Below, piece after piece: positions 1-10,137 of a DNA stretch of 59,360 bases (position 1 is its first letter; every line of letters begins with the position of its first letter). The notes beneath the pieces were generated by a model. It searched no databases. It was not told the origin of the DNA and saw only the letters and a list, made by a program, of their open reading frames with translations. The position numbers and the translations under genes are program-made. Origin of the DNA: an uncultured Oscillospiraceae bacterium (lineage in GTDB: Bacteria > Bacillota > Clostridia > Christensenellales > CAG-138); NCBI GenBank assembly GCA_964461335.1, contig CAYWTY010000003.1:1-59360 (forward strand), written 5' to 3'.

Positions 1-2
1 CA

Positions 3-54
3 GCTCCCCGTTGCTCTTGGTCTACCGCTCTACCCCAACTATTGACATAGAGCC
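3..54. repeat. Left arm of a perfect 52-nt inverted repeat paired with 59309-59360; the match reaches the window edge
   Basis: Hand reverse-complement of the last 52 nt equals nt 3-54 exactly. Identity stops at 55/59308. Contains a GCTCTA-N15-TAGAGC hairpin and lies 20 nt downstream of the gltX stop. Confidence 0.9.
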
Positions 55-74
55 CCTTTTTCTCTAATAAAACT

Positions 75-1520
75 TCAGCCAAGCTTCTTCATGCCAATTT
101 TTAGGCGGCGAAGCGACTCAGCGTTTCCTAAAAGAAGCGCAAGTTCTATTGCACCCCCTGGAGTAACAGCTCTGCCTGCAAGCGCAATTCTTACAGGCCA
201 GAGCAGGGTGCCCTTTTTATAGGAAAGCCTATCTGAAAGCTCGGCGAACAAAGCATGAAGCGCGTCTTCGCTCCAAATGGGGAGCGCCTCAAGCTCTTTT
301 ATAACAAGCTCAAGCACTGCTTTTGAACTTGATGCATCAGTTTTCGATTTTTTATTTGTAAAAAGCGCTATGTCGTAGCTTTCATCTAAAGATGCAAGAA
401 AATCGACCATATCGGGAATTTGTGAGAATATTTCAACCCTTTGCTGAAGTATGTGAAAAAGCAGAGTTTCATCAAACTCCGCTACACCTGCCTTAGCGTA
501 ATACGGCTTGCTGTAAAAAGAAAACTGCGCTTGAGTTAAGTTTCGAATATAGGTGGCATTAAGCCATGTGAGCTTAACAGGGTCAAAGATAGCAGGTGAT
601 TTGCTCATCCCGGAAACATCAAATACATCTTCAAGTTCAGAAAGCGTAAAGACTTCGCGCTCGTCACCAGGGTTCCAGCCTAAAAGCGCAATATAGTTTA
701 AAATGGCCTCAGCTAAATACCCCTTTTCTTCAAGGTCTTGAAACGAGGCATCGCCTGTGCGCTTGCTTAGTTTATGCGAGGCATCCTTCATTATTGGGGG
801 CATATGTATGTATGCGGGAATGTCCCAGCCGAACGCTTCGTATAAAAGGTTGTATTTTGGCGCAGAGGAAAGGTACTCCATACCGCGCATTACATGTGTT
901 ATTTCCATAAGGTGGTCATCTACTACATTTGCAAAATTGTATGTAGGCATTCCATCCGCTTTAATTAGCACATTGTCATCAAGAGTTGAGTTTTCTACGC
1001 TTATGCTGCCAAAAAGCATATCCGTAAATGTGGTAATGCCATGCAGAGGTATGTTCTGTCGCACAACAAAGGCTGTGTTAGAGGCAAGGAGTTCATTTTG
1101 CTCATCTAAGGTTAAGCTTAGGCAATGCTTGTCATATTTGAAGGTTTCGTTTCTAAGCGCAGCCTCTTCGCGCCTTTTTTCAAGGTCTTCCTTTGTACAA
1201 AAGCATCTGTATGCATGCCCTTTTTCTATAAGGCGCTCTGCAAGCGGCATGTAGAGCGCTTTGCGCTCGCTTTGCACATATGGGCCATAGCTTCCGCCTT
1301 TATCCGGCCCTTCATCCCAAGTTATGCCTACGCGCTTAAGCGTTTCGTAAATAATTTCTGTTGCGCCTTCAACAAGCCTGCCCTGGTCAGTATCTTCAAT
1401 TCTAAGAAGGAAGGCTCCTTTATGCTTGCGCGCAAAAAGGTATGCATAAAGCGCAGAGCGAAGGTTGCCTATATGCATATACCCTGTTGGGCTTGGTGCA
1501 AAGCGTGTGCGTACTGTCAA
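75..1520 (-). CDS. gltX: Glutamyl-tRNA synthetase
   Basis: 481 aa. Class I signatures: RFAPSPTGYMHIGNLRSALY (HIGH) and KLSKR (KMSKS). TTG start preceded by AGGAGAG. Confidence 0.95.
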   Translation of the reverse strand: MTVRTRFAPSPTGYMHIGNLRSALYAYLFARKHKGAFLLRIEDTDQGRLVEGATEIIYETLKRVGITWDEGPDKGGSYGPYVQSERKALYMPLAERLIEKGHAYRCFCTKEDLEKRREEAALRNETFKYDKHCLSLTLDEQNELLASNTAFVVRQNIPLHGITTFTDMLFGSISVENSTLDDNVLIKADGMPTYNFANVVDDHLMEITHVMRGMEYLSSAPKYNLLYEAFGWDIPAYIHMPPIMKDASHKLSKRTGDASFQDLEEKGYLAEAILNYIALLGWNPGDEREVFTLSELEDVFDVSGMSKSPAIFDPVKLTWLNATYIRNLTQAQFSFYSKPYYAKAGVAEFDETLLFHILQQRVEIFSQIPDMVDFLASLDESYDIALFTNKKSKTDASSSKAVLELVIKELEALPIWSEDALHALFAELSDRLSYKKGTLLWPVRIALAGRAVTPGGAIELALLLGNAESLRRLKIGMKKLG

Positions 1521-1559
1521 ATTCGTCTCTCCTTTTTATATAACTGCATTAAGCAAGCA

Positions 1560-3206
1560 TTAACCCTTCCAACTGTCTTTAAGCTCTACAATTCTGTTAA
1601 ACACAGGCGCAGCTTCTGTATGCGCTGTATCTGCACAAAAATAGCCTAAGCGCATAAATTGGAATTTGTCGCCAGGGCGCGCACTTTTTAAGCAGGGTTC
1701 AATGAGCGCATTTTTAACAAGAAGGCTGTTTGGGTTAATATTTTCCATGAAATCCGCTTTATCTGCAATATCTGTTTCTAAAAGCGGCGCATAGAGCCGA
1801 ACTTCACAAGCTTCTGCCTCAAGGCTGCTCAGCCAGTGAAGCGTTCCTTTAACCTTCCTGCTTTGCTCACCGCTTTTGCTTTCACTATCATAAACGCAGC
1901 GAATAAGCTTAAGCTCGCCATCTGCGTCTTTTTCAAAGCCTGTGCATTTAATTATATAGGCACCTTTAAGGCGCACTTCGCCCCCCGGCTTTAGCCTGAA
2001 GAACTTTTTAGGCGGGTCTTCCATAAAATCTTCCCGCTCTATGTAAAGCTCGCGTGAAAATGCAAGTGTGCGGTTACCCATTTCAGGCGCATTTGGGTGG
2101 TTTTCAAGCTCTACCTGCTCAACATGGCCCAGAGGCCAGTTTTCGATAATGAGCTTTACAGGGTCGAGTACAGCCATCATGCGCTTTGCATATGAGTTTA
2201 AATGTTCACGCAGGCAATGTTCAAGCATTGCAGTATCAACAACAGAGTCAGCCTTTGCAACACCAACGCGGCTTAAAAAGTCGCGGATGGATTCCGGGGT
2301 ATAGCCCCGTCTTCTAAGCCCGCACAGCGTAGGCATACGCGGGTCGTCCCAGCCGCTTACATGGCCGCCTTCAACAAGCATGCGCAAATATCGCTTTGAC
2401 ATTATTGTATTTGTAAGGTTCAGCCTTGCGAACTCTATTTGCCGCGGTTTATGCGAAAACTCGCATTGCTCAACAAACCAGTCGTAAAGCGGGCGGTGGA
2501 TTTCATATTCAAGCGAGCAAAGCGAGTGGGTTATGCCTTCTATTGCATCCTGCAGAGGGTGCGCAAAATCGTACATCGGGTATATGCACCATTTATCGCC
2601 CGTATTATGGTGGGTTGCGTGCAAAATGCGGTACATTGCAGGGTCCCGCAAGTTAATATTCGGGGATGCCATGTCAATTTTTGCGCGCAGGGTGCGAGTC
2701 CCGTCTGGGAAGTCGCCATTTTTCATGCGCTCAAAAAGCATGAGGTTTTCTTCAACAGACCGTTCTCTATAAGGAGAGTTTTTGCCAGGTTCAGTGAGCG
2801 TGCCCCTAAATTCACGAAGCTCGTCCTTGCTTAAGTCGCACACATAGGCAACGCCCTTTTTTATGAGTTTGACTGCAAGCTCATAGCATGTTTCAAAATA
2901 GTCGGAGCCGTAAAAGATATTATCCCATTGAAACCCAAGCCAAAGGATGTCTTCTTGAATAGCGTCAACATATTCCTCGTCTTCCTTTGTCGGGTTCGTG
3001 TCATCATAGCGAAGGTTGCATTTGCCGCCGTACTTTTCAGCAATTGAAAAATCTATATATAGCGCCTTTGCATGGCCTATATGCAAATACCCGTTAGGTT
3101 CGGGCGGAAAGCGCGTTCGAATATAGTTGACCTTGCCCTCTTTTAAATCTTCTTCTATTGCGTCTTCAATAAAATTCCTTGTTCTGAGTTCCTCCATGCC
3201 GTACAT
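1560..3206 (-). CDS. glnS: Glutaminyl-tRNA synthetase
   Basis: 548 aa. [18 protein letters not shown] and IMSKR motifs are typical of GlnRS. The second ATG at 3197 has better RBS spacing (GGAAAGGA-N8) and may be the true start. Confidence 0.93.
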   Translation of the reverse strand: MYGMEELRTRNFIEDAIEEDLKEGKVNYIRTRFPPEPNGYLHIGHAKALYIDFSIAEKYGGKCNLRYDDTNPTKEDEEYVDAIQEDILWLGFQWDNIFYGSDYFETCYELAVKLIKKGVAYVCDLSKDELREFRGTLTEPGKNSPYRERSVEENLMLFERMKNGDFPDGTRTLRAKIDMASPNINLRDPAMYRILHATHHNTGDKWCIYPMYDFAHPLQDAIEGITHSLCSLEYEIHRPLYDWFVEQCEFSHKPRQIEFARLNLTNTIMSKRYLRMLVEGGHVSGWDDPRMPTLCGLRRRGYTPESIRDFLSRVGVAKADSVVDTAMLEHCLREHLNSYAKRMMAVLDPVKLIIENWPLGHVEQVELENHPNAPEMGNRTLAFSRELYIEREDFMEDPPKKFFRLKPGGEVRLKGAYIIKCTGFEKDADGELKLIRCVYDSESKSGEQSRKVKGTLHWLSSLEAEACEVRLYAPLLETDIADKADFMENINPNSLLVKNALIEPCLKSARPGDKFQFMRLGYFCADTAHTEAAPVFNRIVELKDSWKG

Positions 3207-3241
3207 CCTTTCCCTGTTTTTAAAAGCCTTGGGTTTACTTA

Positions 3242-3270
3242 ATTATCGTTAAGCACAGGTTACTTGTCAA
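3242..3270 (-). promoter_or_regulatory. Sigma-A-type promoter for glnS-gltX
   Basis: Minus strand reads TTGACA, a 17-nt spacer, then GATAAT, about 35 nt upstream of the glnS start. Confidence 0.5.
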
Positions 3271-3284
3271 CGCGAAAAGGCTTT

Positions 3285-6200
3285 TTATACGGCAACTGCA
3301 CTATTTAGAGATAAAAGCACTACATAGCGCTCGTTAACCGGTAAATCTGTCAGCTTATTCAGCGCACGGCAATATAGGTCAAGCTGCAGCGCATGCTCCA
3401 TTCCTGCCTCCTTTAAGGGCTGTACAGGGCGGTCTGTTTTATAGTCAAGCAGCACCCAGGCGCCGTTTTCGAGGAAGCAGCAGTCAATTACACCCTGCAA
3501 GAGCACAGGCTCAAAGCTGTTTGTAGGCAAAAGCGTATTTGCAGGCAGAAAAACGGAAAACTCCAGCTCGCGCTCAATGCGCTCTGACTTTAAAAGGCGT
3601 GCCCCAAGGTCGCTTTCTAAAAAATTGGCTATTGCCTGCACAGGCGCGCTTTTTGCCTGCTGCTTAGAAATCAAACCTTCTTTAAGCATTCGCTCAACCT
3701 CGCCTTTTACAAACCCTCCTGTATCTGCATTAGGGTATAAGCTAAAGTCAAGATAAGCTAATATAGCATGCGCTGCTACGCCGCGCTTTAACGGGGTAAG
3801 CGCAGTTGGGTTTGTAAACAATGGCGCTGGTTTTTCTGATTGCACTTTTTGGGTAAGCTCGCTTACACTGCGTTTTGATGGCGTTAAGGAAGCAGCTTCA
3901 TGCGGATACTGCCAGCTTAAATGCGCTTTAAGCGCCTCAAGAAGCGCTTCTTCGTTTTTTATTGGCTCTAAGTCAGCTTTAGTTTTTTCAAACGTGTTCA
4001 AAACTTCGCCTGCAAAATGATACTCTGCCTTAAGCCCCTCAAACTCTAAGCTAACAGGTAAAAGCCACTCAAGAAACGAAGCTGCATTTTGGCATTCATA
4101 TGGGCTTAACTTAGACTGCTGCGCTTTTTCATTGAGTTTCTCGGGTTCCTTTGCACTCCCTATTAGCAAAAGCCGCTTTTGCGCCCTGCTCATGCCTACA
4201 TAAAGTACGCGCATTTCTTCTGCAACCTGCTGGTTTTTTATGCGTAGCTTAATTGCCTCTTCCATAAGCGTCTTGTACTTTATTGAGCCTATTCTTAGCT
4301 TTATGCCTGCGCCAAGCGTGCGCTCAAGTATAAGCTTTTCTTTTGAATCGGATTTGTTAAACCCTTTGCCTAAGCCTGCGCAAATTACAACCGGGAATTC
4401 AAGCCCTTTTGCAGCATGCATTGAAATTACGCGCACAACATCAGCTGCGCCTGCTTGTGCAGGCCCTATATCAACAGAGGATTCCGCATCTTCCATATAT
4501 TGCAGGAAGCTCCATAAGTCGCTTTCTCCAAAGTTTTCGGAATAATCCCTCGCACGCTTAAGCAGAGCGTCAAGGTTTGCCTGGCGTTCACTGCCGTTTG
4601 TGAGTGCGCCTACGCAATTGTAAAAACCAGTTTCATCAAGAAGCATTGCAAGGAATTCGCCAAGCGGCAAAAGCAGAAGTTCCCTCTGGAAGTGCTTGAG
4701 CCTATTTAGCACGTCCTTTGCGCTAAGGGCAAGCGAGTGCGCTGCGTCATCTTCGCAAAGCATTAGCCGTTCAAAAAACGAGTCAGCTGTATAAGAGGTT
4801 TTAAGCTCTATAAGGTCAGTTTCGCTAAAATCAAAAACAGGTGAAAGCAGAGCGCTTAAAAACGGAATATCCTGCAGCCTATTATCTATTAGGCGAAGCA
4901 GGCTTAAAAATACTTGCACCTCCATAGAATTAAAATACCCGCCCGAAAGCTGCACATAGGCAGGTATGCCTGCTTCTGTGAGAGTCTGCGCCCAGTCTGC
5001 TGCAACAGGCTTTGCAGAGCGAAGCAGCACAGCAAAGTCGCTGTATCGAAGCGGCCGCGAAACGCCTGTTAATGTATTGCATAGGGTTCCTGTTTTCATA
5101 AGTGCATGTATGCGTTTTGCACTAAAGCTTGCTTCAGCCTTTGCAATGTCAAAGGTTGCCTGCTCAGGCTCTAAAGCTGAGGGCCCAAGAATATGGAGCT
5201 CAACGCCTGCAAGTTCATCTGCTTTTTCATTAAAGTCTGCGCATTTTAAGGCTGCATGTTCATCATAAGCAAGCTCACCTGCCTCTTTTGACATAATGCG
5301 GGAAAACACAGCATTGATTGCGTCTATAACAGGTTTTGAACTTCTAAAATTCATATTGAGGTGGATAGCTTTGCTGTATTTTTCTTTGCAACTGAACTGT
5401 TCGAGCTTTTCTATGAAAAGCCCGGGGTCAGCTAAGCGAAAGCGGTAAATGGATTGTTTGACATCCCCAACAAGGAACAAATTGGCTTCTTTTCGTATCG
5501 CATTTATTATGCACTCTTGAATACGGCTGCTATCTTGATATTCATCAACAAAAATATAATCGAACCTGTTTTTAAGAGTTGTTGCTACGCCCTCATCCGA
5601 AAGCGCCCTAAGCGCCAAATGCTCCATATCCGAAAAATCTATTACCCCGCGCTCCCTTTTTAATGCTGCGTAAGCCTCATCCACCTGCTTTACAAAGCTA
5701 AACAGCGCCTCTAAATACGGCTTGAGCAGGGCAAGCTTTTGAGCCTCTGTTTCAAGCGCACCTTTAAGGCTTTCCTTTTGCTTTTTTATAATATCCTTTG
5801 CTGCTTTGCGGAGGTTGCAAACGCGCTCTTTATGTGGGTAGTCATTAACTCCCCCCCAGCTAAGTGTGCCAAATACAACACTAAGGAGCCCGCTTTGGTA
5901 CTGCATAAAATCTTTTGCCTCTACAATGGCATTAAGCGACATAATCTCGTTGTCAAGAGTAGAAAGCTGGCGCGTATACTCTTTTGGAAGAAGCGCACGC
6001 CCGGCTTTTAGCAGATTTATGCTATAAACTGCCTGTGCAAGATATTCATTGAATAAACTGAGGTAAATGGGGTGCGCTATAATTTCAGCTTCGCTTAGCG
6101 AATAAAGCTCTATTGCGTTTTCAAGCCATTCCCACGGCGAGGGCTGCGACATAAGGAAGGTTCTTAATTTAAGTGTTGCTTTAAAGAGCGCATCTTCCCC

Positions 6201-6683
6201 TTCAAATGCTGTTAAAAGGCTTAAAAAGCTTGCGTCTGAAGCTTCATAGCATTTATCTGCTGCTAAGCTTAGCGCTTCAAGCAGGAGCATATCTGAGCCG
6301 ATTTTGTCCAATGGTTTAAAGGCTGGGTCAAGCCCGAGCATATAGTAGTTGCGCTTTATAATATAAAGGCAGAATTTGTGCAGAGTTGAAATATGCGCGC
6401 GGCTAGCAGAAAGCGCCTGCGCTCTAAGCTGCTTGGCTTTTAGGGGCGTTGTTTCGCTTTCTGCAGCTTCGTTAAGCCGTGATGCAATCCTGACCTTCAT
6501 TTGTGCTGTTGCTGCCTCTGTAAAGGTTACAACGAGGATTCGCGAAAGCTCAGCGCCATTTGCGCAGAGTTTTGATATACGCTCTGAGAGCACTGCTGTT
6601 TTTCCGCTGCCTGCAGCTGCGCTTACAATAAGGCTTGCACCTTCGCTTTCAATTGCCTGCTTTTGCTGTGTTGTCCACTTCAT
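3285..6683 (-). CDS. addA: ATP-dependent helicase/nuclease subunit A (UvrD-like plus C-terminal nuclease)
   Basis: 1132 aa. N-terminal Walker A AAAGSGKT, FVDEYQDS helicase motif, C-terminal PD-(D/E)xK-like DYKTD. Overlaps the addB stop by 4 nt. Confidence 0.9.
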   Translation of the reverse strand: MKWTTQQKQAIESEGASLIVSAAAGSGKTAVLSERISKLCANGAELSRILVVTFTEAATAQMKVRIASRLNEAAESETTPLKAKQLRAQALSASRAHISTLHKFCLYIIKRNYYMLGLDPAFKPLDKIGSDMLLLEALSLAADKCYEASDASFLSLLTAFEGEDALFKATLKLRTFLMSQPSPWEWLENAIELYSLSEAEIIAHPIYLSLFNEYLAQAVYSINLLKAGRALLPKEYTRQLSTLDNEIMSLNAIVEAKDFMQYQSGLLSVVFGTLSWGGVNDYPHKERVCNLRKAAKDIIKKQKESLKGALETEAQKLALLKPYLEALFSFVKQVDEAYAALKRERGVIDFSDMEHLALRALSDEGVATTLKNRFDYIFVDEYQDSSRIQECIINAIRKEANLFLVGDVKQSIYRFRLADPGLFIEKLEQFSCKEKYSKAIHLNMNFRSSKPVIDAINAVFSRIMSKEAGELAYDEHAALKCADFNEKADELAGVELHILGPSALEPEQATFDIAKAEASFSAKRIHALMKTGTLCNTLTGVSRPLRYSDFAVLLRSAKPVAADWAQTLTEAGIPAYVQLSGGYFNSMEVQVFLSLLRLIDNRLQDIPFLSALLSPVFDFSETDLIELKTSYTADSFFERLMLCEDDAAHSLALSAKDVLNRLKHFQRELLLLPLGEFLAMLLDETGFYNCVGALTNGSERQANLDALLKRARDYSENFGESDLWSFLQYMEDAESSVDIGPAQAGAADVVRVISMHAAKGLEFPVVICAGLGKGFNKSDSKEKLILERTLGAGIKLRIGSIKYKTLMEEAIKLRIKNQQVAEEMRVLYVGMSRAQKRLLLIGSAKEPEKLNEKAQQSKLSPYECQNAASFLEWLLPVSLEFEGLKAEYHFAGEVLNTFEKTKADLEPIKNEEALLEALKAHLSWQYPHEAASLTPSKRSVSELTQKVQSEKPAPLFTNPTALTPLKRGVAAHAILAYLDFSLYPNADTGGFVKGEVERMLKEGLISKQQAKSAPVQAIANFLESDLGARLLKSERIERELEFSVFLPANTLLPTNSFEPVLLQGVIDCCFLENGAWVLLDYKTDRPVQPLKEAGMEHALQLDLYCRALNKLTDLPVNERYVVLLSLNSAVAV

Positions 6684-9600
6684 GGCTTGCCCTCACTTTC
6701 AAGGGTTTGGAAAAAAGTATTTCGATTATACGTCTTAAGTTTTCGCTCCCTGCATCCGGGTATGCGCATATCAAACCTGCATATGCTCAAATACTTGCAA
6801 TATTTGCATTCACGTTCTTTGCCTTTTACAACAGGTTCAGCCTTAGAGCCCCCAAGCAGAAGCGCTTTTGTTATTTCGCCAGCTTTAGCAACTGCAAACT
6901 TTATAAGCTCTGCCATCTGCACTGCATTAAGCACAGGCGAACATGCGTGGAGCGGGCCGCCGTTATTTCTCTTTAGCGAGCTTACTGTTTTGCTTTTACC
7001 TGTAAGTTCGGTTTCAAAAGCATTGAGCGTAGCTTCATCTTCAAGCATAAGGCCTCTAAGGCGAAGCTCATCTTGCCCTTTTTCGGGTGCATTTTCATCA
7101 CTTGCAGGGTCTATGACTAGCTGGTAGAACATGCCTGCAGCAACTGTTGAGTTTGCTTTACCGGTTTTGTTTTTAAGGCCGCTTTGCGCTATATGCGGCT
7201 TTTTGCGCGTTGCAGTAAAGTTGGGAGTCTTGTAAATATTAGCTTTTGAGCTTCGCTTTGCCAAAATAGAATTTCTTGAAGCGCCGGCTGCAGCAGCAAG
7301 GTATATCGGGAGCTGCATAGATGTGCCATCATAAATCATGCCATAGTTAAGGCCGCTGTACTTGCCCTTTTTATAATCTACAACCCGCAATAGGCGCGTT
7401 CCGTCAGGTGCATATGCTTCATCAATTCTGTCAATCTTGCCTTTAAGAAGCACAGTTGCTCCATTAAGCTTTAGGCTTATAGGCTTTAGCTTTTGCCCTG
7501 CGCCAAATACTACTTCGCTACCGAGCGGCAAAAAGCTGCCGCTTGCAAGGCTTATGCGTATTGCCCACGCAGTTTCCTTTAAAGCTTTGCTCCAAAATGC
7601 GCTGCCAAGCGCTTTAACACGGTTTGTTGATATCAAGAGTCCGTCCTCAAATGTTTTTAGGCATTCTGGGATTATTTCATCAAGCAGCGCATCTGTTTCT
7701 TCGCGTGTAAGGCATGCCCAGTCTAAGCCAAGCTCTTTAACCCTTTTTACGAATTCTTCAAGTACAAGGTGGTAAAAGCTGCCTATATGTATGGGCTGTT
7801 CTTTATATTCAGGCCTTTCTGCTGCTCTAAGGCCGTATGCTATAAAATGCTTGAACGGGCAGGCGCGGAAAGTCTCTAACCTGCTTATTGAAACATTAAG
7901 CCGCGTGCCATAGAGCTTTTTAGCAAGCAGAACTCCAAATGAGTGAGAGGCAATTGGGTTTTTGCCAAACTTCATTGCCTGATTAAGCCGCGCACTATAC
8001 TCAGGCGAAGTCGAATAATATTTATATAGGAGCGAAAACAGCGGCTCCTCAAGCTTATCCAAATTGCGGCAGAGCAGGATGAACCCACTTTCTTGCGTTT
8101 GAACACCTTCAAAAGAAAGCATAGGTGTGCTCTTAGTTGCTTTTGATGAAGCTGCGCCCGATTTTTCACAGCCAGGAAAGAGCAAAAGAATGCGCTCTAT
8201 TATAGTTGAGGGAATAAGTTCGCGCTCCCCGTCTGAGTATGCATACCCAAGCCATAAAAAACTATTTGCGCTCGAAAGTGCGCGGTAGAGCGCAAGCCTG
8301 TCCTTCTTTGCGCTCTCTGCAGAATCCTCCCACGGGGTAAGCCCAAGGCCTGCAAGCGCGCTAAGCTCAGCATCATCCAAAATTGCATCATCCTGGTTAG
8401 GCGCAGGCAGGAAGCCTTCGTTAGAGCCAAGCAGCAGCAGAGCGCGTACTTTGCGGCTGCGCGTGCGCAGAAAATCGCCAAGTAGCACCTGATCGTTTGT
8501 TGCAGGAATCACGCCCACTTTGTATGCAGAGAGCGCCTCTTTTAATACATCAATATACTCCTGCTTTGACATGGGCTCATTGCCAAGTATCGTATAAAGC
8601 TGTTCGAAAAGCTCAACAAGCATATCGTAGACCTGCGTATGCTCCTCCATAAGCGCATATCGGCCTTCCTGCTCAAGCTCTTTAACAATGCGCTTAAGAG
8701 AAGACTCCACATCTAAGCGCTTAAGATAATCATAAAGGGCGTGAGTTTTCTCGCCTGCTGTAGGTTTAGAAAAACCTTTGCTTAGCTCAATAAGCGGCTC
8801 AACAAGCGCCTTGCGCGCTGCTTCTGCGCCTTCTTCTTCAGGAGGAAACTCCGCCTTAAAGCTATTGCCGCCAAGGAACCCGCGCTTTAAGCAGTAGTTT
8901 TCAAATTCCTCTGCATTTGCGCTTGAGACCCCTGCAAGCCCTGTTTTTGCAATGCGCAGCAGCATAGAGCGTGAAACTCCGTTTTTTGCAATTGTAGCTG
9001 CAGAAACTAGAAGCTGAGCTGCAGGGTGGCCGCGCAAATCGCGCCTACTATCAAGGAAAAGGGGAATCTTTCGTAGCGCAAAGGCGCGTTGCACAAGTGG
9101 TGTATAAACTTCCATGTCTGAGGCAATTACTGCCATGTCGCGATACCTTATGCCGCTTCTTGCAAGCGCAATGATTTTATCTGCAAGCGCTTCAACTTCG
9201 GCTGTACGCTCAACTGCTCCGTGAACAACAATTGCTCCATCAGTATCGCCTTTATATATTAGCGGGTGTGATGTGTAAAGCTCCTGCTCCAGCCTAAAGA
9301 GCGCAGGGTGCTTCCCGCCATGGGGGAAGGCAGGCAGGCTGTGTGTTTTTATAGTACAGCCAAGGCTATATGCGGTTTCCAAAAGCCGCTTATAGGCATT
9401 GCGCTCAGGCTCAAAAAGTGAGGCGTCGCGGCTGGTTTCGTCAGGCTCAAGGCAAAATGTCATTGTAAGCGAGCTGCAAACTTGCATCATGCGCGTTAAA
9501 ATTGCATAGAGCTGCGCTGTTAGCGTATCAAAACCATCAATAAATACAGCTGCGCCTTTAAGGAAGGAGCCTTCGAGTTTTTGAAGAAGCGTATTATGTG

Positions 9601-10123
9601 CGCCCTCAATATCAATGTAGTTATTATCAAGATACTCCTGTGTTGCCTCATATAAGCTTGCAATATCGCTTAGCTTTGCAGAAAGCTCAGGGTTCGCGTT
9701 CAAGGCGCTTGAAGCATCGCGCAGCATTTCTGGCGTTATTAAATAGCGCCTGCACTGACAAAGTAGCGCATCAATATGTGCGGCAAAGCCAGGCCGTTTT
9801 ACAACAGGGGCAAACGCAGAGAGCTTATCAAGAAGCTTATGCGCCTCACGGCGCACTATCATACGCCTGCCCTGCTGGGAAAGGAAGGGCTTTTCCTCCG
9901 TGCTGATTGCGCGCTCTGAAAGCCTGTTGAAGCTTAGCACTTTTATGCCTAAAAGCCCGCCTAGCTGGTTGCAAAGCTCAGCTTCAGCCTCAAATGTAAA
10001 CTGCTCCGGCACAATGAGCACAGGGCGTTCACCTGATGTGAGCGACCTTCCAAGCTCAAAGTTTAGAAAATGCGTTTTCCCAGAGCCTGCGCGGCCTATT
10101 ACAAATTTAACTGATGCAGGCAT
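6680..10123 (-). CDS. addB: ATP-dependent helicase/nuclease subunit B
   Basis: 1147 aa. GRAGSGKT Walker A and a C-terminal Fe-S cysteine cluster (CKYCKYLSIC). Lies immediately upstream of addA. Confidence 0.9.
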   Translation of the reverse strand: MPASVKFVIGRAGSGKTHFLNFELGRSLTSGERPVLIVPEQFTFEAEAELCNQLGGLLGIKVLSFNRLSERAISTEEKPFLSQQGRRMIVRREAHKLLDKLSAFAPVVKRPGFAAHIDALLCQCRRYLITPEMLRDASSALNANPELSAKLSDIASLYEATQEYLDNNYIDIEGAHNTLLQKLEGSFLKGAAVFIDGFDTLTAQLYAILTRMMQVCSSLTMTFCLEPDETSRDASLFEPERNAYKRLLETAYSLGCTIKTHSLPAFPHGGKHPALFRLEQELYTSHPLIYKGDTDGAIVVHGAVERTAEVEALADKIIALARSGIRYRDMAVIASDMEVYTPLVQRAFALRKIPLFLDSRRDLRGHPAAQLLVSAATIAKNGVSRSMLLRIAKTGLAGVSSANAEEFENYCLKRGFLGGNSFKAEFPPEEEGAEAARKALVEPLIELSKGFSKPTAGEKTHALYDYLKRLDVESSLKRIVKELEQEGRYALMEEHTQVYDMLVELFEQLYTILGNEPMSKQEYIDVLKEALSAYKVGVIPATNDQVLLGDFLRTRSRKVRALLLLGSNEGFLPAPNQDDAILDDAELSALAGLGLTPWEDSAESAKKDRLALYRALSSANSFLWLGYAYSDGERELIPSTIIERILLLFPGCEKSGAASSKATKSTPMLSFEGVQTQESGFILLCRNLDKLEEPLFSLLYKYYSTSPEYSARLNQAMKFGKNPIASHSFGVLLAKKLYGTRLNVSISRLETFRACPFKHFIAYGLRAAERPEYKEQPIHIGSFYHLVLEEFVKRVKELGLDWACLTREETDALLDEIIPECLKTFEDGLLISTNRVKALGSAFWSKALKETAWAIRISLASGSFLPLGSEVVFGAGQKLKPISLKLNGATVLLKGKIDRIDEAYAPDGTRLLRVVDYKKGKYSGLNYGMIYDGTSMQLPIYLAAAAGASRNSILAKRSSKANIYKTPNFTATRKKPHIAQSGLKNKTGKANSTVAAGMFYQLVIDPASDENAPEKGQDELRLRGLMLEDEATLNAFETELTGKSKTVSSLKRNNGGPLHACSPVLNAVQMAELIKFAVAKAGEITKALLLGGSKAEPVVKGKERECKYCKYLSICRFDMRIPGCRERKLKTYNRNTFFQTLESEGKP

Positions 10124-10137
10124 AATTGCTCCTTCCT

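Noticed and set aside
1521-3284. T-box leaders for gltX and glnS.
   Set aside because: The upstream spacers are only 39 and 78 nt. There is no room for Stem I, a specifier loop or the T-box antiterminator.
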